Assembly: GCA_026989455.1 (NCBI GenBank)
Contig: JALSJH010000059.1
Span: forward strand, 784-64,783
Reading direction: 5' to 3'
Origin: Chromatiales bacterium
Lineage (GTDB): Bacteria > Pseudomonadota > Gammaproteobacteria > RBG-16-57-12
Length of the DNA: 64,000 nt
Made by a program: the position numbers and the translations under genes. Shown piece by piece: positions 58,270 to 64,000 of the stretch; within the stretch, counting starts at the first letter, position 1, and each line of letters opens with the position of its first letter. The notes under the pieces are model-generated. The model was not told the origin of the DNA and did no database searches. It saw only the letters and a list, made by a program, of their open reading frames with translations.

Positions 58270-59511
58270 GTGATGAGAGTAAAACGATATAAAAATCCAA
58301 TAATCCCAATGGTGCTATTTTTTATCGCGCTAATTTTCAGCAGCGTGGCGCACAGCGAATCCGACGAGAATAGCGAAATATCTTTTGAGGCGTGGCTTGC
58401 TGATTTGCGTGATGAGGCGCTGCGCGAGGGTATTTCAGCAGAAACCGTCAGGTTGGCTTTAACTGACTTGGAGGTGGTGGAGAGAGTGGTGGCACTTGAT
58501 CGTCGCCAACCAGAGTTCACCCAGACTTTTTGGTCTTACTTCGATGCCCGTATAACAGATTGGCGTATCCAACGTGGCAAGCGCATGTTGAAAAAACATG
58601 CCAAACTGCTTGCGGAGATAGAGAAGCAGTACGGTGTCCCGGCACGTTATCTGGTCGCCTTTTGGGGTATGGAGACCAACTACGGAAACTATCTTGGCAA
58701 ACACTCAACGATCGCTTCACTGGCAACCTTGGCATACGACCCCCGGCGCAGCACCTTCTTTCGCAAACAGTTGATTAATGCGCTGCGGATTATCGATCAG
58801 GGGCATGTGAAAACGGAAGATATGGTGGGTTCATGGGCGGGTGCCATGGGCCACCTACAATTTATGCCGAGCACTTTTTTGCAGTATGCCGCCGATGGCG
58901 ACAATGATAAACGTATTGACCTATGGGAAAGTCTGCCCGATGTTTTTGCCTCAGGGGGGCACTATCTAAAAAGTATCGGCTGGCGTTATGGCGAGCTTTG
59001 GGGGCGCGAAGTACGCCTGCCTTCGGATTTTGATTGGCAACAAGCCACGCTGAAAAATCGCCAAACGGTTGATTACTGGCGTTCACGAGGTGTCACCAAA
59101 GCGGATGGGCGTTCACTGGCAAAAGATAAGACATTAGGTTCGATTATCCTCCCCCAGGGTGCCGCTGGCCCGGCTTTTCTGGTTTATGAAAACTTTGACG
59201 TGATTATGGATTGGAACCGATCAATTAAATATGCCATTGCGGTCGGGCACCTGGCTGATCGTCTCATTGAACTGCCCGAGTTGAAAGGAGGCCGAAATGC
59301 CGATAATCGCCCCTTGAGCTTTGATGCGGCAAAAGAGATGCAGCAACGCCTTAATGAATTAGGCTTTGATGCCGGCACACCCGACGGCATCGCAGGACGC
59401 AAAACCCGTGAAGCGGTACGCAGTTACCAAGCTTCTATTGGCTTAGTGGCAGATGGATTTCCTTCGGTTTCGATTCTGGAAAAGCTACAGCAACAGCAAG
59501 GTGCGGATTAG
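58270..59511 (+). CDS. Lytic murein transglycosylase (MltB/Slt35-like) with C-terminal peptidoglycan-binding domain
   Basis: Signal peptide, MltB-family core (GMETNYGNY, ... QFMPSTF) and a C-terminal PG_binding_1-like domain (LNELGFDAGTPDGIAGRKTREAVRSYQ). Confidence 0.75.
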   Translation: MMRVKRYKNPIIPMVLFFIALIFSSVAHSESDENSEISFEAWLADLRDEALREGISAETVRLALTDLEVVERVVALDRRQPEFTQTFWSYFDARITDWRIQRGKRMLKKHAKLLAEIEKQYGVPARYLVAFWGMETNYGNYLGKHSTIASLATLAYDPRRSTFFRKQLINALRIIDQGHVKTEDMVGSWAGAMGHLQFMPSTFLQYAADGDNDKRIDLWESLPDVFASGGHYLKSIGWRYGELWGREVRLPSDFDWQQATLKNRQTVDYWRSRGVTKADGRSLAKDKTLGSIILPQGAAGPAFLVYENFDVIMDWNRSIKYAIAVGHLADRLIELPELKGGRNADNRPLSFDAAKEMQQRLNELGFDAGTPDGIAGRKTREAVRSYQASIGLVADGFPSVSILEKLQQQQGAD

Positions 59512-59600
59512 TTGAAAGAGTGGCAGAATGTTTTTTTATAAAAAACTAAAGGAACTTATTGCCCGGGACGTTAGGTGAACTGGGAGCGGTAAATATCTTC

Positions 59601-59627
59601 GAAAATGTTGAAAGATATATCCGCTAA
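59601..59627 (+). promoter_or_regulatory. Candidate sigma-28 (FliA) promoter for fliC
   Basis: GAAAATGT-N11-TCCGCTAA compared with the consensus TAAAGTTT-N11-GCCGATAA. The spacer length is right, the -10 matches 6 of 8 and the -35 matches 5 of 8. It lies about 60 bp upstream of the fliC ATG. Confidence 0.4.
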
Positions 59628-59686
59628 GCACAATCTAGATGAGGCGATACCCGTGGATGTTTGGGTGGGTCTTGGGAGATACTAAA

Positions 59687-60517
59687 ATGGCTCTATCAGT
59701 TCAAACCAACGTAATGTCACTTTCCGCACAGCGTGCACTTGCCAATACCGACAGCATGCTGAGTACCTCGATGACGCGCCTTTCAACTGGCTTGCGTGTA
59801 AACAGTGCAATGGATGATGCAGCAGGACTTGCGATTGCTGAACGTATGAATGCCCAGGTTAAGGGTATGAATGTGGGTATTCGAAATGCATCGGATGGCA
59901 TCTCCATGGCGCAAACCGCTGAGGGTGCGCTGGGTTCAATTGGTGATTTAATGCAGCGTATGCGTGAGTTGTCTGTGCAGTCTGCCAACGGCACCAACTC
60001 CGTAAGTGACCGCGCTAACCTAGACGCTGAATTTCAGGAGCTCGCCTCTGAGGTGACGCGTGTAATTACTTCTACCGAATTCAATGGACAAGCCATTTTG
60101 GGTGGAGATGCTGGGGCGTTTAACTTCCAAGTAGGCGCTAACAATCAGGCGGATAACCGGATTACAGTCACCACCTCTAACTATACGACAGCAACAACGA
60201 TTACTGCGGTAACGGGTGGCGACATCACCACCTCTGGGAATGCGGCGACCGCGATGGATAATATTGATGCAGCGATTGATACCATTACCAGTACACGGGC
60301 AAATCTGGGTGCGGCGCAGAGTCGAATGGAGTCTGCGATTAATGTTTTGCGCATTAATGCTGAAAATCAAGAGGCGGCGCGTGGTCGTATAATGGATGCG
60401 GATTTTGCGACAGAAACAGCAACTTTGACTAAAGGTCAGGTGTTACAGCAAGCGGGTATTGCGATGTTGTCACAGGCCAATCAATCCTCACAAAATGTGT
60501 TGAGCTTGTTACGGTAG
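59687..60517 (+). CDS. fliC: Flagellin (short, 276 aa; D0/D1 domains only)
   Basis: Conserved flagellin N-terminus (MALSVQTNVMSLSAQRALANT ... LSTGLRVNSAMDDAAGLAIAERM) and C-terminus (GQVLQQAGIAMLSQANQSSQNVLSLLR). The track ORF's 5' extension from 59639 is read-through. Confidence 0.85.
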   Translation: MALSVQTNVMSLSAQRALANTDSMLSTSMTRLSTGLRVNSAMDDAAGLAIAERMNAQVKGMNVGIRNASDGISMAQTAEGALGSIGDLMQRMRELSVQSANGTNSVSDRANLDAEFQELASEVTRVITSTEFNGQAILGGDAGAFNFQVGANNQADNRITVTTSNYTTATTITAVTGGDITTSGNAATAMDNIDAAIDTITSTRANLGAAQSRMESAINVLRINAENQEAARGRIMDADFATETATLTKGQVLQQAGIAMLSQANQSSQNVLSLLR

Positions 60518-60579
60518 CTAATGGGTCGATCCTCCCCCTCATTTGGGGGGGGCGTTAGTTTCAATGTGAAAAAAGGACA

Positions 60580-60963
60580 ATGAGCATGAATATACCTACG
60601 CAGTTGCCATTGGACCCATCAAAAGTTGCAATTACACCTCAACCTAGCCAACGCGTTCAGAACACCGAGCCTACTCAGGTAGAAATGCTGCCCTTAGCAC
60701 CATCAGATGAAGCAGAAAAGGCAGAAGAGGTAGATAAGCGTCGTGATGCGCTCGATGATGTGGTTAAAAATTTAAATGATCATGTCCAGCAATATCGTCG
60801 TGAATTACAGTTTCAGATTGACGATGAGAGTGGGCGTACGGTTGTTAAGGTGATGAATGTTGAGAATGGTGAGGTGATTCGCCAGATGCCCTCGGAGCAG
60901 GTTTTGGCAATGTCTCACCAGCTATCTGAGATAACTGGAACAATGTTCCAGGAGAAAGCCTGA
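60580..60963 (+). CDS. flaG: Flagellar protein FlaG
   Basis: 127-aa FlaG-family protein located between fliC and fliD. Confidence 0.65.
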   Translation: MSMNIPTQLPLDPSKVAITPQPSQRVQNTEPTQVEMLPLAPSDEAEKAEEVDKRRDALDDVVKNLNDHVQQYRRELQFQIDDESGRTVVKVMNVENGEVIRQMPSEQVLAMSHQLSEITGTMFQEKA

Positions 60964-61007
60964 ATGTTCTGTATGATTCAGGCTTTCTGCTGTGGAGGTA
61001 AAATGTC

Positions 61008-62387
61008 ATGATTAGCGCTCCAGGTATAGGCTCCGGCCTCGACGTGACGGCCATTGTTAATGCGATGATGGGGGTTGAGCGGATTCCGCTGCTACGCCTT
61101 GAAGATCGAAAGCAGAGTTTTGAAGATCAAATTAGCGGCTACGGCACACTTCGCAGCGCTTTGGATGATTTTAAAACCGCAATGGATGATCTCTCCAGCC
61201 TGGATAAATTTGAAATCTATAAAGCAAGCTCCGGTGATGAAGGGGTTGTTACCGCCACGACTGATAGTGATGCGGCGGCAGGTAGTTATCAGCTGACGGT
61301 GGATCGTTTGGCGCAGGCGCATAAAATGGGCTCTGCGGGTATGGTCGCACCCACAACTACCTTTGGTGGTGCCGACCCAGCGGATGCGCTTAATATAACT
61401 GCAGGCAGTAGCAGCTTCTCCATCAATACCTATAATGGCGGTGCCGGAATGACCCTGGCCGAGATAAGCGATGCAATTAATGCAAATGCCGATAACGACG
61501 CCGTGTCGGCAACTATTATTACCGGCAACAACGGTGAGCAGCAACTGAGTCTCACGTCAAAAAGTAGTGGTTACGATGAGCGTATTCAGGCCAGTTATGC
61601 GGGTGCTGGAGACACCTCTGCACTCGGCTTAGCTACACTAAACGATGACCCTGATCTTCCAGGTACTCCCTTGGCTGATTTGAGCAAGCTTGACGCGCTG
61701 TTCTCGGTTGATGGTGTTACGGGCATCACTCGAGCCTCCAACGCTATTAATGATGTCATTGGTGGTGTCACCTTAGAGCTGGTCGGTGTGGGTAGCAGCC
61801 GGATCGACATCGCAAATGATAAGGATGAGGTTAAAAAATCGATTGAGGGATTTGTCTCTGGTTACAATGACCTTCTGACCAAAATTGACCAGTTGGCTGC
61901 GGTTAATACCGGCAAGTTGGCGGGTGATAGCTCGCTGCGCAGAATCGTTTCTGAGTTTCGTAGTGAAATTAATACTGCGGTCGCAGGTGGCAACTTAACC
62001 ATGTTGTCCGAGGTGGGGGTTACCACCAATAAAGATACCGGAAAGCTGGAGCTGGATGCTGCGGATTTTGATGCGGCTATTGCAAATAACTTTCCTGATG
62101 TGGCGCATCTGTTTGGAAATGCCACCGATGGTATCGCCATGCGGCTTGCCGATTCTGCGGATCTGATGCTGAAATCCAGCACGGGCCTTATCGATATTCG
62201 CTCAAATGGTTTGCAAGAGAGTGTGAAGCGACTGGATGATAATATTCTCCGTTTGGAGGCGTTGCTCGAGACTCGAGAGGAGAACTACTTCAAACAATTC
62301 AGCATGCTGGATGGGTTGGTTTCGAGAATGAATTCAACAGGTGCTTACCTGACTGCTCAGTTGAGTGCAATGTCGAATAATAATTAG
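61008..62387 (+). CDS. fliD: Flagellar filament cap protein FliD
   Basis: N-terminal GIGSGLDVTAIVNAMMGVERIPLLRL with heptad-repeat N- and C-terminal regions, 459 aa. Confidence 0.8.
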   Translation: MISAPGIGSGLDVTAIVNAMMGVERIPLLRLEDRKQSFEDQISGYGTLRSALDDFKTAMDDLSSLDKFEIYKASSGDEGVVTATTDSDAAAGSYQLTVDRLAQAHKMGSAGMVAPTTTFGGADPADALNITAGSSSFSINTYNGGAGMTLAEISDAINANADNDAVSATIITGNNGEQQLSLTSKSSGYDERIQASYAGAGDTSALGLATLNDDPDLPGTPLADLSKLDALFSVDGVTGITRASNAINDVIGGVTLELVGVGSSRIDIANDKDEVKKSIEGFVSGYNDLLTKIDQLAAVNTGKLAGDSSLRRIVSEFRSEINTAVAGGNLTMLSEVGVTTNKDTGKLELDAADFDAAIANNFPDVAHLFGNATDGIAMRLADSADLMLKSSTGLIDIRSNGLQESVKRLDDNILRLEALLETREENYFKQFSMLDGLVSRMNSTGAYLTAQLSAMSNNN

Positions 62388-62569
62388 CACCTTGAGTTAT
62401 TATATTGAGCAAAAAACCAGCCTTTTGACTAACGAGTTTCGAGAGGGCTGCTATCCTGAACAGTGCATGTTTTTCTGGGTAAAACAAAAGCTCATATTAG
62501 AGTTGCTGGGAATCACCAGAGTGAATGGATTCTCTTTCTTGATTAAAAATAACTTACTGGGGAAGTTTA

Positions 62570-62998
62570 ATGTCATTTCCAAATGCAAGAAAAGGGATCA
62601 ATCAATATAGTCAGGTTGGCACCTCTTCGGGGGTCGAGTCCGCATCTCCCCACCGCCTTATCCAGTTGCTGATGGAGGGGGCTCTGGATAAATTGGCCGC
62701 CGCAAAAGGGTTTGTCGAACGTGGCGATATCGCAGAGAAAGGGCGATTCATCTTTTGGGCAATCTCGATTATTGGTGGCTTGCGGGGTAGCTTGGATATG
62801 GATAAAGGGGGTGAAATCTCTCAGAATCTTTACTCCCTTTATGACTATATGGAAAGGCGACTGGTCGAAGCCAATCGCAATGATGATATTGCGATGATTG
62901 ATGAGGTGATTGATCTGCTACGTGAGGTAAAAGTAGGGTGGGATGAGGTTCCTATGGCGCTAAGAGGTGGTTCCACGCAGGCAGCTCACGGTGAGTGA
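62570..62998 (+). CDS. fliS: Flagellin-specific chaperone FliS
   Basis: 142-aa four-helix FliS family protein (YSQVGTSSGVESASPHRLIQLLMEGAL ...). Confidence 0.85.
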   Translation: MSFPNARKGINQYSQVGTSSGVESASPHRLIQLLMEGALDKLAAAKGFVERGDIAEKGRFIFWAISIIGGLRGSLDMDKGGEISQNLYSLYDYMERRLVEANRNDDIAMIDEVIDLLREVKVGWDEVPMALRGGSTQAAHGE

Positions 62999-63308
62999 AA
63001 AGTTACAGCGGTTGCTCGATGCAGAGAAAGTGACCGAAAAGATGTATGCGTTGGTGGCTGATAAAGATTGGTCGGCAATGGCGTTATTGCAAGATGAGCG
63101 CGATGAAAACTTAAAAGAATACGATCTGCTGCCGGTTGTTGATGCAGAGCAACAGGAGCTACAGGCCGCGCTTCAGCGCATTGTGATGCTAGATGAAAAA
63201 TTGCGTGAGTTAACTGAAAACTCTCTGCAGCACCTTTCTGAGAGGATTGGTGATTTCAACACCTACCGCCGAGCACAAAAGGCCTACCTGCAAAATTCGG
63301 GTAGCTGA
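62991..63308 (+). CDS. Putative FliT-like flagellar chaperone
   Basis: Small helical acidic protein whose GTG start overlaps the fliS stop. The position matches fliT in fliDST operons. Sequence evidence is weak, and the track ORF starts at 62967. Confidence 0.4.
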   Translation: MSEKLQRLLDAEKVTEKMYALVADKDWSAMALLQDERDENLKEYDLLPVVDAEQQELQAALQRIVMLDEKLRELTENSLQHLSERIGDFNTYRRAQKAYLQNSGS

Positions 63309-63319
63309 CCGCTCTCTTT

Positions 63320-63703
63320 TTACTCCACCCTTTCAATAGCGTGCTCTGGTATTTTTGCTACGGTAGCCGCAATCAGCTCCATCAATTTTGACTGAGTGCA
63401 GGGTTTCTCAATAAAAGTATCCTGGGGTCGATGGAGGCAGTAATTTCGGTGCGTCACTCCGCTGGATGTAAATATAAATGCGATATGTGGTTGGTGGGAG
63501 CGAATCAGGTCAGCGGCGGCGATGCCGTTGAGCTCAGGCATCTCAATATCGATAATTCCGAGATGATAGTGGTTGCTCTGGTAGGCCAGTGTGACCGCCT
63601 CCAGGCCATCGCGTGCGCAGTCAAATGTAAAACCAGCCTCTGCCAGCCAGTGGCTAAGCAGTGTTAGTGTAAGGCAGTCATCTTCTACGAGTAGTATTTT
63701 CAT
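63320..63703 (-). CDS. Single-domain CheY-like response regulator
   Basis: 127-aa REC domain only (ILLVEDD ... IIDIEMPELNG ... FIFTSS ... K). Confidence 0.75.
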   Translation of the reverse strand: MKILLVEDDCLTLTLLSHWLAEAGFTFDCARDGLEAVTLAYQSNHYHLGIIDIEMPELNGIAAADLIRSHQPHIAFIFTSSGVTHRNYCLHRPQDTFIEKPCTQSKLMELIAATVAKIPEHAIERVE

Positions 63704-64000
63704 GAACTTCCCTTATAGGTCGCATCTAGAGTAAAGTACCCGTCGACCAGTATTGCCAACAAAAGGCAGGGCCGATAATCATGGCTTGTTTAGAGACCCA
63801 CTAAAGATAGCATGAGCCGTAACTCTATACACTTGCTGATAACTTCTATTTTTTTGGTGGAAGTTCGTTCTCTTCACAACTTATTGATTTTACAGTCATA
63901 TAAGAAATTCACCAAGCTTGTGGCTACAGCTAATCTCTTTTGTTTAGCTTAGGCGTCTGTCTGTTTTACGTGGTTTTCTGCTTTTTTATCACTACCATAA

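Overview
This window reads as a gammaproteobacterial chromosome segment that is mostly core housekeeping, with enteric/Pseudomonas-like synteny. The blocks are mltD-gloB-yafS-rnhA-dnaQ, queG/nnr-tsaE-amiB-mutL-argG, nth, priA-argS, pncC-recA-recX-alaS-lysC-csrA with tRNA-Ser, tRNA-Arg and tRNA-Leu, rnr-rlmB-rpsF-rpsR-rplI-dnaB-alr-radA, dapE, fabA-fabB, rluA, and a fliC-flaG-fliD-fliS-fliT flagellar filament cluster. Several accessory inserts interrupt this core:

- **7855-14453:** a divergent pentaheme c-type cytochrome, a hybrid histidine kinase, a LuxR-type response regulator and a ~950-aa lipoprotein with an unusual C-terminal Cys-Gly tandem-repeat module. A 15-bp direct-repeat operator candidate lies in the divergent promoter.
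- **31676-33633:** a paralogous pentaheme cytochrome translationally coupled to an NHL beta-propeller lipoprotein.
- **23589-26426:** a 945-aa lipoprotein carrying about 25 tandem EF-hand/TSP3-like Ca-binding loops.
- **28735-28997:** a 263-bp MITE-like palindromic element with 31-bp terminal inverted repeats that abuts the priA stop codon.
- **1-830:** a truncated HigA antitoxin and a possible transposase remnant at the window edge.

The two paralogous cytochrome modules plus the Cys-repeat lipoprotein are the most plausible candidate for an undescribed redox-sensing or surface electron-transfer system. No CRISPR array and no rRNA genes were seen. Coordinates I derived by hand may be off by 1-2 bp; ORF-track coordinates are used wherever available.
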